Positions 10,160-23,501 of a stretch of 33,761 nt of DNA are shown piece after piece. Every line of letters starts with the position of its first letter. Positions within the stretch are counted from its first letter, which is position 1. The translations under genes and the position numbers were made by a program. The notes beneath the pieces are model-generated. The model did not search any database, had not been told where the DNA came from, and saw only the letters and a list, made by a program, of their open reading frames with translations. The stretch covers positions 1 to 33,761 of the forward strand of contig NW_021832737.1 in the NCBI RefSeq assembly GCF_006345805.1. Reading direction: 5' to 3'. The DNA is from Octopus sinensis (Eukaryota).

Positions 10160-11515
10160 AGTATTATAGATCCATTACTGTTAATTTTACCTATCAGTTT
10201 CACACTGGGTACAAAATTTGGGTGTTAGATAACTGCGGGGCTAACGCCAGACCCTAAACAGAAAACCCACCGGAAAGTGCGGTGGTTTACACACCCCCTC
10301 TTACTTAATCATAAAATCTTGGGTAAAATATCTATTAGCTTTGCGGATAAACACTTTCCCTGTACGGAAATGATCAGTAAAATTTTTAATAGATACATCT
10401 TAAGAATTTCTTCTAGCTGTACATCTAGTATAAAGAAAGTATTAATAGATAGGCCTACACCAAGATAGAAGTAGGATGCTTGTGTGTAGGTAAGCTACAT
10501 GTCCCGTTAACGGCAACAGCAACACGGAAACAATCATATATGAGACAGAGATAACATCAAAGGGCCCAAAAGGACAGCTAAACATGCGAAAGTTTGTGGG
10601 AATGACAGAAGGTTTATTCAGGACCAGATTCAACAGCCATAACCCATCCTCCAATGTCTAAGAGAGAGGTGAAATATCACTGCCCTGGGTAGGAACGTAT
10701 GATCGTGTCACGGTGTACAGCATAAAGTGAAAAACCAGAGAGAAATACAAGGCTTATTTTAATAGCAGCAGAAAATGCAGATTATGTTCAGCCGAGAAAA
10801 GAATCTTCGAAAATGCTCAGAACCTAGATAGGTATCTAAACTGTGAGGTTTTTAGTCCTTGCACTCATAAAACAAGGTATGTATCATACCTACAGGCCTG
10901 ATTATGACGACTGTAACCATTAGTTTTTCCAACTACGGCCCTCACACCATCGTATCTAGAGAATCCCGCAAAAAGGTTTAAAACAAAACATAAAGAAACG
11001 AACACACAAATGTGCCCAAACATATGCTTCAAGGCTTTAAGGCTCGAGTCCATCCCCATCACAAAAAAACACCTCGACGCATATAGATTTACACATTCCA
11101 ACCCTACACAAATACCACCTCTAAACCCTTGCACATATTTCAGAATTCTCTTGCGGCTTTGCAGCATCTCAGAGAATTTAGGGCCAAAGTACTTAACTCT
11201 TGATAAAACCCTAGCTGTGTCCGCCCTACATAGTTTTGTTTCGTCTTTTTCACAACACCCTAAAACTAGATGTGACTTTATTAACCTCCAATAAGAGAGG
11301 GCAGTCACTAAACTGCTTTTCCATATCTGCTATTTCTGAAGAGCATGCGGTTTATTTAACGGTGTAGTTATCTAGCTGTCGGTTCAGCAGCCAGTGTGAA
11401 ACCGATTGGTAAGATCGGCCGTAATGGATCTATGATACTGTATACTTTAATATACCCATTCTATAGACAAATATACGAGTGCTTATATTTTTTGACTTAT
11501 AGATTCTAAGGTGAC
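10160..11515 (+). mobile_element. Penelope-like element (PLE), 3' part: RT-EN linker, GIY-YIG endonuclease and 3' pseudo-LTR
   Basis: RKVRWFTHP...DKHFP...KIFNRYILRISSSC (ORF 10277-10468) resembles the PLE linker. CPVNG...ETIIYETEI...FVGMTEGLFRTRFNSH (~10500-10650) is a degenerate GIY-YIG. KCRLCSAEK...EVFSPCTHK (~10770-10880) is the typical C-terminus. An HHR motif follows at 11331-11417. Confidence 0.82.
11331..11417 (+). ncRNA. Type I hammerhead ribozyme motif in the PLE 3' pseudo-LTR
   Basis: CUGAAGA 11336-11342; stem II base GCAU/GUGU around a long insert; GAAA 11398-11401; near-palindromic stem III ACCGAU/UGGU; GUA triplet ending at 11411; stem I attt 11332-11335 / agat 11412-11415. Confidence 0.55.
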
Positions 11516-11796
11516 TCTCTCTTTCTCTCTCCACACACACACACACACTTGCATTCAATGCACACACATGTATATAGATATGCATACATACATATGCATA
11601 CGTACATACATGTGTGTGTGTAGTGACTTTTGGTTCTCTCCAAATTCTTAACTTGCTTGACCCCCACCTACAACATCGAGAAGAGGCATTTTCTTTTTTT
11701 AGCTAAAAAGGAAGTATAGTATTGTTAAAGTTTATCTCAGTTTCCATAAGGACTAAATCCAGTACCATGAGGTAGTCTAACTCGGAGATATTTGTC

Positions 11797-11871
<75 letters not shown>

Positions 11872-12299
11872 TAAGAGACCCTGGATGTTTTGCGTTCTTG
11901 TCCCATTTTAGTATTTATATATATATATATTTCCGTTATCGACGGCGCCTGATTGCCAAAATATATCCATCTTCCTGCAGTTATCTTCTTCCAACTTCAT
12001 CCTATTGCTTACAAAATTTATTTGATTATTCGCTTGTTCTTTAATTTGGCTAGTATCCTCTATCGAGCCCTGCACCATGACTACGCCACTCAGTATCATC
12101 CTATCAACATCACATCTCTGCCTTGCTTTCTCTTATCTATCTGTATTGCTACCTATCTACTTTTCTTTCATTTCTCCTTATCTGCTTTCCATAATAGACT
12201 GACCCAACCCTTCTCCCTCACCTGTCCTACAATATTCCTTACCTTGAACTATATTTAGCAGATTTTACCAACCAATGCATGGCAGTTTGACTAATACAT

Positions 12300-12329
12300 G
12301 TATACATACATATACAAGTTATACGCACA

Positions 12330-12360
<31 letters not shown>

Positions 12361-12429
12361 CATACATAAACCTAGCTACATAAACAACCCACCCCCGTAC
12401 ATACCTATACCTACATGAACATACCCCCC

Positions 12430-12461
<32 letters not shown>

Positions 12462-12590
12462 ATATATATATATATATAATATAGCTGTATGTGTGTGCGC
12501 GTGCAATATAGGCAAATGTGTGTATGTGAAAGAGAGAGAGAGAGAGAGAGAGGGGGGAGAGAGAGAGTTATACGCATGTATGTGTGTGAA
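12300..12590. repeat. Compound (CA)/(TA)/(TG)/(AG) microsatellite region
   Basis: Direct reading. Confidence 0.9.
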
Positions 12591-13124
12591 CTGACGTGAA
12601 TTGCTCTAAATTTGGCTTGTAGTAACCAAAACATATTTAAACGTGAAATATGTTCACACATCTCTACAAACATATATTGAATAATGATCGATAATTGTGA
12701 GGAACTATGCTATTCGCTAATCGCTTTACCTGTTACGCTCACTCATTTGTTTCTAAGACGAGTGGGTAGCTGACCAATCAACTGAACTGAGCAGTAAATC
12801 GATCAACTGAGTCTCTCACAGACATGTGCACCCTTAACGTAATGACCAGGCGTCAGACAGAGAGTGATGAGTTTGTAACAAAATATGCCTTTTAAATTAC
12901 AGGTATGGTCAATGTTATATCGGAGTATAACAGTAACACTAATCGTCGTGTTAGATTTTCGGTTGGTCTTGACAATTACAATTCAGTCTTTTGAACAGAA
13001 GACTACATACTTGTAAGAACAAGATCTAGCAACAAAATATGAATCTACAAACATTTACATATGATTCTACATGAAACACTAATGGAGAAACGCATATCTA
13101 ATTGAGTTTGTTTTAAGCTCTTGG

Positions 13125-13327
13125 GCTCCTAGAACCAGTTATCAGGTCTCCATGGCGTATAAGCGACTGAGATCACAACGCCTCCCCCTAAACGGATCTC
13201 AGGGTTTCTCTTAACTCTGAGTAGACTGAAGAAACATGTTATGGAGTGTTTTGCTCAAGAGCACAATGTGCAACCCGGCCAGGTAATCGATACCGCGATC
13301 ATGATTGCGACTCCTCAACCAGTCACG
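13125..13327 (-). mobile_element. Decayed tRNA-derived SINE (Deu/Nin-domain-like)
   Basis: On the minus strand, the B-box-like ggtatcgattacc is followed by ttgtgctcttgagcaaaacact...cagtctactcag, resembling the recalled gtgtccttgagcaagacact...cagtccactcagc core. Confidence 0.55.
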
Positions 13328-14174
13328 ATCCTTCCCTAACGCCATAAAGAAATATAATAAATAACAGGTGCGTAGAAGTGTTATAATAGTATTTTTGTTT
13401 AGTTTTTAACTAGAATTATTTTAGAATCCGGTATTTGTGTTTCGAAGTCTGCAGTTTCCACTGACAAGAAAGAATACGATATTAGCATAATATATGGATC
13501 GATTTCCATTTTCCTTCACTTGAGGGCGTTTTACAAGGCAGTCTGTCGCAAAGCAGTATATACAAGTAGAGACAAATAACATAGGTGGGACAAAATAAAG
13601 GACGGGGAGCGAAATACGTGCTGTAAAACAATCAATGTTTAGTAAAACAAAACTTGTATGAAATACAACAAAAATGTTCATATAATAAAGGGCACCAGGA
13701 ACTTTCTCTTAAGGAAATTTACGAATATTCGTTTTACTATTTGATTTTAAAACGTTACTTTCCTTCACAATACTACCAATGTATTCAAACATTGTTTATT
13801 GTATGTTGCTTTCAGTTGAGTTGGGGATCCCTCAGACAATGTCAATTCATTTTGCCGCGACGATGTCAGAATTATGAAGATGTAAAACTTATTAAAATTA
13901 TTATGAAAACAGACATTATGTGATTGTCAAAATTTCATTAATATGTATTTTTATCTAGTAAATGTTGCTTTGATTTCAATATATACTTGTATTTCAATGA
14001 AACAGAGTATTATTCTGGGAATTAAATAACGGGTCATGCATTAGTTGTGTGTAAAAAGCAGTTCTTGTGACGGGGGAAAACACAGAGAAGAAGGGTTTTT
14101 TTTCTGCATCTCAGACATCTTATAATACACATTCCTTGTGGACGAGACAAAAGTTCCTGTTTTACATATTTTGC

Positions 14175-14278
14175 TCAAATTCCGCCGAGGTCGACTTTGC
14201 CTTTCATCATTTTGAAGTCGGTAAATCAAGTCCCCACCCAGCAAATTTCAGGTCGTGTGTCTTTTAGTAGAAAGGATA
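14175..14278 (+). mobile_element. 3' part of the same SINE family as 4298-4514, with an internal deletion
   Basis: tcaaattccgccgaggtcgactttgcctttcatc...caaatttcagg...tagaaaggat aligns to the reverse complement of 4303-4446; an A-run follows at 14285-14306. Confidence 0.8.
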
Positions 14279-14504
14279 TTTGGCAAAAAAAAAAAAAAAA
14301 AAAAAATACTGGATCTAATTTTTTTTCTTGCTGGATCAGGTCACTTAATAAAAGAGTATAATGAAAAAATATTTACTTCTTACCATCTAAAAAGAATGAT
14401 GACATTTTCGAAGAAGTGAACCAAGTTTTTAATTAATCAGGAAAAAGATTAACGCAATTCAAGGAAGAAAATTATTTCTCAGCGATATTTTCCTGCTTTC
14501 AAAA

Positions 14505-14531
14505 AAAGAAGAAGAGAAAGAAAGAAAGATA

Positions 14532-14589
<58 letters not shown>
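14505..14589. repeat. (AAAG)n microsatellite
   Basis: Direct reading. Confidence 0.95.
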
Positions 14590-14590
<1 letters not shown>

Positions 14591-15041
14591 CTTCGGAAAT
14601 GATGAGCATCGCGATTTAGCTCATATTTCAAGTAATTTTTAAAATATCTCAAGCAAAAAATTTGGCGATTTCAATTCTCCTGTGAGGTACCCCAAATTTG
14701 TTACATAGAGAGAACATAACGAACCTTTTTATTATCTAACGAAAATATTTATTCCCCACCATTCGAGTTGGAATAATAAATTTTATTTTGAGTGTTAGAT
14801 TTTTTAGGTTTTTTTTTCTTTTTTCAATGCAGTTAAAGAAAAAAATTATAACCCTTTATTTGACTACAGAAAATGACAGAAAACTTTTAACGTACGGCTG
14901 TAAATAAAAATTAATATATGAATGCAAGCCAAATTTTAACCCTTCAAACTCATACTATTTGGATTTGCATCTTCTTTAATAGAAAAAGAACAAAACTACC
15001 AACCATAAATTAATCCTTGTTTCTCCAATATTTTTCTTATT

Positions 15042-15178
15042 ATTTACATTATTTACATTAGACGGATATTTGTCCTCATCTTGTTTGTTATTAACACAAC
15101 GTTTCGGCTGATATAACCTCATCAGGTGTTTTGGGGAAATTTCGAACCTGGATTCTCATTCCTAAGGTATTTTTCGAT
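15042..15178 (-). mobile_element. ~135-bp hammerhead-bearing repeat, copy 2
   Basis: Reverse-complement homologue of 4157-4292; again abuts an (AAT)n tract on its 5' side (15180-15270). Confidence 0.8.
15093..15130 (-). ncRNA. Minimal type I hammerhead ribozyme with canonical core
   Basis: The minus strand reads aacac CUGAUGA GGUU auauc AGCC GAAA CG UU gugu u: a perfect 5-bp stem I, a 4-bp stem II, a palindromic loopless stem III (ACGU) and a GUU triplet. Confidence 0.75.
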
Positions 15179-15179
15179 G

Positions 15180-15189
15180 TTATTATTAC

Positions 15190-15239
<50 letters not shown>

Positions 15240-15270
15240 TATATTATTATTATTATTATTATTATTATTG
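15180..15270. repeat. (ATT)n microsatellite
   Basis: Direct reading. Confidence 0.97.
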
Positions 15271-15454
15271 TTAAAGTCACTGCCTGAAACATATATATAT
15301 ATATACATGTATATATAATATATGTGTATATATATGTATATGTAATATATATGTATATATATGTATATATAATATATGTATATATAATTTCACAAATAGG
15401 CAGATCCGTTTATCGGATCAACTGGAACCTTCTTCGTAACCGACTCGCTTTTGC

Positions 15455-17485
15455 ATATATTCTTTTATTCTTTTACGGGTTCCAGCCAGAGGCTAGGGCC
15501 ATGCTGGAGCACCGCCTCTCAGTGTTTTTTGAGTTCCCTTTCAGTATTACTTTTGGTGAAGAAGCGAGTTGGATGAAGCTACTCTTCTTTCTGCTTCCTG
15601 TCGTAATGTGGGCTCATCTGGGATTTCAGACAGAAATTTGTCCAGGTGCTGTTTGAACGTTTCCACATCTACACTTTGCAGATCTCTTAGATTCCTAGAC
15701 AGAATGTTAAACAGTTGTGGTTCCGTGAAAAACACGCTGTTGCAATACTGGGTCCTTATCTGAAATGAAGAAGACGGTATATTTGGTATTATGCAGTACC
15801 GTTCACTTCAATGGTTGGTATAGCTTTTAATTCCAAAGTTAGGAGCTAGATCTTTCAGGATCTTTCATATGCATACCACTGCAGACTCTTCTCGCCTTCT
15901 CCCCAAGTAGAGATTCAGTCCTTGTAGCCTCTCCTAGGAGCTCATCTGTTTCACCGAGTCAGTCTTCTTTGTGTAGTGGCACTGGATTGCCTCAAGTTCC
16001 GCCACCACAGTTGAGAGCAATAATCCAGACGACCGAGGACAGATGTCCTCCATAGAAGTAGCAAGGTATCCTTATTTCTGGTTCTGAATGATCTAAGGAT
16101 CTATCCAGCTAATTGCCTGCACAGTGTTGCCTTCCTGATAATATGCACATGGAATGTTGCATTACTGCTCATGTGGATTCTCAGGTCACTTAATGATTCT
16201 ACCTGTAAGACTGCACTATTCTCTTGTCTTATGTATTCCAATTGTAGTCTGTTTGTGGGCCGATAGCGGAGTGCATGAAGCTTATCAGCATTGAACTGCA
16301 TTTTATTTTCATCAGCCCATTTACATTTTACATGCAGATTATTTTGCTGTTTTACTATGTTATCAGGGTCCTTGACCGCCTGAGATACTTTTGTATCATC
16401 AGCGTAGCTGGTGAGAGTGGCTTACTGTACCACTGACGGCATGTCTGAGAGAGCCACTACAAACAGTAGTGGTCCCAGTACAGTTCCCCAGAGAGAGAGA
16501 GCGTTTTTTGGCTGCAACTGCCTGATTTCTGTTCTTTAAGTCGTGCAGCTACCCTCTCAGTTTTCCAGTGATACCAAGGTTGCGTAGTTTATGGCATATC
16601 ATCTCAACTTTATCGAAGGCCTTGGCAAAGTCGAGATACATCACATCCACATTTCAGTGGCTGAGCTGTTATTTCAGTACCCAATCATAATGTTGTAGCA
16701 GCTTTGTGAGACAGCTCCTCCCTGAGCAGAAACCATGCTGTGTGTTTGTGCGCAAGTTATTCGCTTCTTAGAACATGATCAGTCTCCTTCTGACAATACG
16801 TTCCATGACCTTGCCAACATGTGAAGTCAGAGAGATAGGTCTGTAAGTTTTAGCATCTGCTCTGCTTCCTCCTTTATAGACAGGGCATATGATACCCTCT
16901 TTTAACAGTTTGGGAAGTTTTCCACAGGCAAGGAAACTCTGTAAAAGTATCTGCAGTGGTTTTGCGAGAGCTTTCAAGTATGTTTTTAGGAGAACAGACA
17001 GAAATCCATTCGGGTCCGTTGCTGAGTTTGAGCTCATCTCATCAATGGCCGATAATACATCTTCCTCTTTATGTCGATGTAATCGATAGTTGCCTTTTCC
17101 CCATGTAAGTCAGCAGTGTGGAAGAACTCTTTAGGCTCACCTACTTACCAGTTTTCCACAGAAGAGATGAAGACACTCTGTAACACTCTTGGGGCCTGCA
17201 GTTAGTAAGCCATCTTCTTCAAACAGTGGCCTATATTGTACAGCACTAAAGTAGACGCTTTCTCGAACTTGTAGAAGGCTTTAGGCTCTATTTTTATATC
17301 TTCCACCACCCTGATTTCTCTTTCTACCGTTTCCTTTCCATGGGAGAATTTGAGTTTATTTTCGATCTCTAAAAGTCTCTCTTCTTGGAGGGATTTCTCG
17401 CTGCTAATAAGTTGTTTATTTAAGCGATTGGAGATCTTTATTCTTTGTCTCATAAGGACTCTCCAGTTTCGAGGAATGATGTCTG
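15455..17485 (-). mobile_element. CR1-like LINE, 5'-truncated and decayed, with intact-looking 3' end
   Basis: ORF 16768-17037 (KTYRPISLTSHVGKVMERIV); QHGFCSGRSCLTQLL; YLDFAKAFDKV (~16615-16645); GTVLGPLLF; YADDT (16392-16406); MQFNADK; C-terminal QLFNILSRNLRDL...LDKFLSEIPDEP. The 3' tail is ggcggtgctccagcatggcc...(aaaagaat)n. Confidence 0.9.
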
Positions 17486-17587
17486 TGTATAAATAATATG
17501 GATATATAAATTTATATAAATACATAAAATTGAATTAGTTAAACGACAATAGGGCACATGTATATTTGTGCATACATACATGTATGT

Positions 17588-17623
<36 letters not shown>

Positions 17624-20285
17624 CGGGCTGTCAGATACATGAGTTCGTCTTTTTCAATGTTATTTGAATAAACACGAAAAATATTTTTATTGCACTGCTT
17701 TATGTCGTTTGTAGCTCTATTCTTCCTTTACAGCCACTCACTGAAAAGGTTCATCCGTGCCTGCTTATCTGAACGTCAAATCAGACATAATTAAACCTTG
17801 TATAACCCTGGAAAACTATTGGATTTTCGGACTGATACAGGAATCGGGGCTTTACTTTCATATTAGAGGAATTTCATCCCAGAAGAAGCTTAAGACGAGT
17901 TTTTGGAAACCTTATGTCCTGGTGTTGATTTTTCTTCTCAAGAAATATATATTCAATTAGGCAACTTGCTCTTGTGTATAACTCCCATCAGCAATAATTT
18001 TTTTTCAAGTGCTCGGCTTAATTAGTAGCAACTACTAATTAGCAGTAACTAAATTAGTAGCAGTTTCAACAATCATTTTTATCATATACAAATTAAAACG
18101 ATTCTTAAACCTTTCAAACCAGCCTTTATGCGCTAGAAAAAGGTTTAATATAAGAAATCACATCTTCCCCTTTCTACAAAATTTTCGTTATTTTAATAAC
18201 CATCGTCATTTATCGACTCATTTCGCCGGTTCTACGGATATGTCACAGCCCACACGTATTGGTTTCCATTGAGCCTACAGAACGAAACGTTGGGAACTTG
18301 AGTATAAAATAAATCATCTTACTAAGCAAGACCAACCTGCGTATTAACAACAGAACCGAACTGCACGCAACTGATTGGCTACTATAGGAACGCATATCTA
18401 CCCTTCAGATACACACACCACAAAACAAAGAAGGGCATCATTACCAGGCAGATTTTCTGAAGAAGGGTTCCCAACCCCGAAATATTGAAATAGAAGATAA
18501 AAGTACAAACCTTCGAGCTGTATTTTATAAATCTTATAATTAGAAACATTTCCGTATATCCGACCATACTTCATGCAAGCTATGTGTATATCTATGTATT
18601 CCTGTATGAGTGTATGAATATATTATAATCATTTCTCAAATTGTTACCTACTTTAATCTTTTCTGATATGCCGAGATGCGGTCTTTTGGCTAAGAAGATA
18701 GTGTACTTTTAAATTCCTAGCATTTATCCAAGTTTCTATATACCGAAATTATTGAACATACTACTTTATAATTTCCGCAAGCGCGAAATGCCTTAATCTG
18801 ATGTATCCATAACATGGGGACGCTCTTACTCACACAGGTCCATACGCCCACACACACACACAAATATATATAAAAATACACACATACAATCATACATACA
18901 TAAACATATACATACATAAATATATACAAACATACATACACGCACAAGCACGCACAGACACGCATACACATATATACCCATACACATACACACATGTGTA
19001 TGCTTCAGACTCCACACCTCGGTGAGATAGCTACTAAACTACATTCCATCGGAATATGGGTTCATGATCAGCCATATCTAATTCCCTTGGTATGAAAATA
19101 TAGATGTTCTACATATTAAGATTTGCTAAAGATTTACCAATCTTGACGTATAATAGCTGAATAAAATTGTGAATAGATTATGGCTTCTATGTCATTCCAC
19201 AGTTAAGATTGTCCATTTCTTGAGATAAAGATAAAAATTATAGATAACAAAATAAAGTAGGTGATATATATAAAACAAAAGAATATAGTTTTCAACGATG
19301 TTCTCTCCTAAGATTGCTGCATTAATCTGGTCTTTAAATAATCTTATGAATCGAACGCTTCAGAAAATATACATTTTCAAAAGAAATTATGTATTTCATA
19401 GTTTTGTATAAACTCCTAACAATTTTATAGTTTTCAAAATAAACATGAAATTTCCTACGATACCGATAGTAGTAACTGCTACGTAAGCATGTGTCCAGTT
19501 ATACTTTTAAATATCTTGGAAACCACACAGTCTATACTAGTCAGTATTAAATTCCACATCTTTTAGAATTGCACCAGGTATTTGGGTTAATGTTTCGCCG
19601 GAGAAAAAGAATTTGCATGCATTCAGCCATTATTTGTCGTAGCTTGCCCTAGCGTGAATATTGCAGAAAGAGATCAAATGAGTTATTATTTATAAATTGA
19701 AGTAAAGATATTATTTACTATTTTTAAAATAGTAGGATGTGCGATTTGGGAAAAATTTTGCTAGTCATTTCTAGTAGGCTTACCATGATAGCTTTTCAGT
19801 TGTCTTCGTGGTATTCTCTATTTTCAAGGCAGTAGAATGTGATTTGTGGGAGCATTGTATGCGTTATAAGCCTAAGAATATTATAATAATTAGTACTTTC
19901 AAAATGCTAGTAAAAGTTATTACTACGAGGTTAATATATATGTGCACATTTTGCTTGTTTGTTTTATCGCTCGAACGTAATTTCTTCGGTTTACAGTTAA
20001 CCGATAACATGTTTCTTCCAATGACACGTCTCTTCCAATATGCTTTATTAGAAATCCGATCTTCTATAAACAGTGGATGCATATTTCCTTTCCCGCACCA
20101 GTGATCGGTATAAACACGTGAAAAACATTGCCTGGAGCAATTTCAACAAATATTAATTTTAATATCCATTAATATACAACTAGTTGTTTCTCAGTATGTT
20201 TAAATAATTACATCGGCTTTTATACACACACACAACGTATTAAGTTAGTGAATCAACAAATCTTACAAACACACACACACACACA

Positions 20286-20379
<94 letters not shown>

Positions 20380-20705
20380 CATATGTAATTCAAAGAGTAC
20401 ATCAAAAGATGCGACACGTTATCAAATGGTATGAGCGCGGTAGATCAGTTCTACATTCAACCCCTACCTTTAATATGCTTAGAAAAGTCTTCATTACTCC
20501 GAATAGGCTAGAATACAGAGTTCGGGCGCTGTATATATGGGGGGGGGGTACAGAAGACGTAGTCGGTATTAATGCTTTATAGAATGTACACATATTTCGT
20601 GAGGTTAGCAGGCATCAATTATATGAGCATAAAACCCAGCTACGCGAACAAGTACCGCAGGGTCCTTTCATCATGAAACACGTGCACGTTATATTCCTTG
20701 CATGT

Positions 20706-20738
<33 letters not shown>

Positions 20739-20739
20739 T

Positions 20740-20940
20740 ATCTTTTATTTTTTACTTGTCTTAGTCATTAGACTGCGGCCATGCTGGGGCACCACTTTGG
20801 TTGACTTTCTGATGTCTGGTTGAGTAAGAGGGCGCCACGGCGAGCATGGAAACCGCGGGCACAAACCCGATGGCGAGTACGATATACGAGTACACTGACG
20901 CTTTGCATGGGCAATTGTCAGTGATGATCTTCCGCGGTCA
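20740..20940 (-). mobile_element. 3' end of a retroelement (SINE or LINE tip) sharing the CR1-like tail
   Basis: The minus strand ends ggtgccccagcatggccgcagtctaatgact...gtaaaaaataaaagat; 16 of 17 nt match the tail core at 15497-15513. Confidence 0.6.
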
Positions 20941-20956
20941 TGAGTGAACAGCCATC

Positions 20957-21025
20957 ATGTATGTATGTATGTATGTATGTATGTATGTATGTATGTATGT
21001 ATGTATGTATGTATGTATGTATGTG
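20957..21025. repeat. (ATGT)n microsatellite
   Basis: Direct reading. Confidence 0.95.
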
Positions 21026-22239
21026 GTGTGTATGTGTGTATTTACGTACATATATTTCTGTACATCTTTATTTGTGTACATCGGTGGAAATACCTTAAAG
21101 TACCACTATGTTTTAAACCACCAGAAGGAATTAAATATTTCCAAACATCTAAAAGAGACTTAACTCAATGAATAGAAATGATAATATGAGCACCAGATTA
21201 AGTACTGAGTTGGTATCCTTGATTAAAACCCTTAAACGATGTCGGTACTGTGGTTTGCCCGAATTCAGTGACTGAAACTACAATAAATGAGTAAAACAAA
21301 AACCTTATTAGAGTCTAACCTAGAAAAAAAAAGAAATGAGGAAAAAATCATGCTTCCTGTTTCAACAGTAAAATAGGAAGTATAGAAATAGAAGCCAAAC
21401 TTTCCGTCAAATTACACCATCTTACAGTTCTTAAATAAAGCACGGCACATTGTATAGTGTCTCACGGCTAATCATGCCTTTGATCAGAAAATCCATCCTG
21501 TCTACATTTTAATAACAGCAGTAACAGCGAAGCCTGCGAGATATGTGAAGTCACGACAATGAATTTGCAATAGATGCACATATCCACTGTATAAAGTAAT
21601 GTAAAAATCTAAGCTGAGTGTGCATAAATTAATCGTTTATTAAGTGATTTATAAATGATGTTATAAGACAATATTTTTTTATATAATGAAATATTTAGGA
21701 GGGTACTCAGCAATATTTCTTAGCATCTTAATTCGTACAGATGTATGTATATAAGACTTATATATTTTTCTTCTTTTTATTTATTGGCTTTCTTCTTAGA
21801 TTAAAGGAGCATAATTTCTAACGAAGAAACCAAAGTGCCATCCCTGAATTTTGGGTAAAAACAACGATGATTGTTTAAGAAAGTCTTCAATATTTTTATT
21901 GTTCCACTTACAGAATACGTCTATAAAGTTTGTGTTAACCAGTCTCTTTAATTGCTTGGAAATCTTAGCTTCTCCATATTGAAATTTAGACACTTAATAA
22001 CGTAACAGAGTGCCTCAAATATTACTGGTACTAATATAAGTTTGTAATTAGGGAAGAGCATTTGAAGGTTTCGGAGTAGCAAAGATATTCTCCTTCTCGC
22101 TGATTTTGGAAGATATGTTCACATCTGTATTCTCTAAATTGTGTGAGAATACAGGACTTTTCTTTTCTGTCCCAAATAACTGGCAAAAGTTTTTAGCAAA
22201 TGTTTCACCAAATTTCCGTATGTAAGTGTGGATGATTGC

Positions 22240-22292
22240 TTGTATGTATGTATGTATGTATGTATGTATGTATGTATGTATGTATGTATGTA

Positions 22293-22361
<69 letters not shown>

Positions 22362-22700
22362 ATGTATGTATGTATGTATGTATGTATGTATGCATGCATG
22401 CATGTAGGTAAGTATGTGTCTGTGTGTGGGTGGGTGCGTATATGTGGCTGGCTGGCAGACTGGCTGGTTGGATGGATAGAAGTATGGATGCAAGCATGTA
22501 TACCTGTGTATGTATCTATGTGTACGTCTGCTTGTATGTCTGTGCGCATGTATGCATGTATGCATGCATACATGTGTGAATGTATGTATGAATGTATGTG
22601 TGTGTGTATGGATGGATAGATGAATGGATGCAAGCATATATGTCTATGCATGTATGTGTGTGTGTACATGTTTGTATGTACGTATATATGTATGTGTGTA
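22240..22700. repeat. Large compound (ATGT)n/(TG)n/(GGCT)/(GGAT) microsatellite
   Basis: Direct reading; source of five overlapping pseudo-ORFs. Confidence 0.95.
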
Positions 22701-22974
22701 TGATCTCTATCCATCGTTTATTTGAGTGGCCTCGTTGGTGGAGGAAGATTACAGGTACGGCGAGGGAAACTCACCCTATTACGAGAAGTAAGGGGAAAAA
22801 AACATGCGTACGGATTAATCCCTGTCCTCTCCAATGAAACGTTTAAGATGATCTGTCTCAGCCGAATGCTGTGCGTTGAAGATTGCTGCTAACAGTCCTC
22901 AAGGGGTCCAAAGATGGAAGAGGCGGTCAGGATCTGATACAAGGGATAATGATAAAGAAGCAAGAAGATAAGCT

Positions 22975-23182
22975 AATGTATGCGTGTTTCTATGCATAGA
23001 AGTATATGCATATGTGCGTGCGTGCGTGCGTGTGTGTGCGTGCGTGTGTGTGCGTGCGTGTGTGTGTGTGTGTATGTGTGTGTGTGCGTGCGTGTGTGTG
23101 TGTGTGTGTATGTGTGTGTGTGTGAGTATATGTGTGTGTGTGTGTATATATATGTGTGTGTGTGTTGTGTGTGTGTGTGTGT

Positions 23183-23222
<40 letters not shown>
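22975..23222. repeat. (TG)n/(TGCG)n microsatellite
   Basis: Direct reading. Confidence 0.95.
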
Positions 23223-23225
<3 letters not shown>

Positions 23226-23433
23226 ACACATTCATTTTGAGCAGATCTGTGTTCTGGCATTTCTTTCATTGTATTTAGGAATGTTGTTCATTGGAATAAA
23301 TCCAGTATGGAATAGTTGGAGCGTGGCGTTGATGCGAAGCGGGAGGAGGGAAATGATGGGAAAACGTTTGTATGTGTGTGAGTATAAGTGTGAGGGAAAG
23401 AGAAAGTAGAAAGGAACGGGAGATAAAGTTTAG

Positions 23434-23435
<2 letters not shown>

Positions 23436-23501
<66 letters not shown>

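Noticed and set aside
17620-17760. cgggctgtcagata start resembling a mariner TIR
   Set aside because: No partner TIR or transposase homology was found.
18262-18297. gtttcc-attga-gcctacagaac-GAAACGUU-gggaac, resembling a decayed hammerhead
   Set aside because: Stem I and GAAACGUU fit, but the CUGANGA core is reduced to attga and stem II has one pair. It may be a dead copy but is not supportable.
22053-22222. Possible + strand exon (AG...GTAAGT) with an open frame GRAFEGF...PNFR
   Set aside because: The acceptor is weak, the frame is open on both strands and there is no recognisable homology.
22469-22655. 140-bp-period recurrence of tggatggataga...ggatgcaagcat in the compound microsatellite
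   Set aside because: Ordinary unequal-exchange structure within simple repeats.
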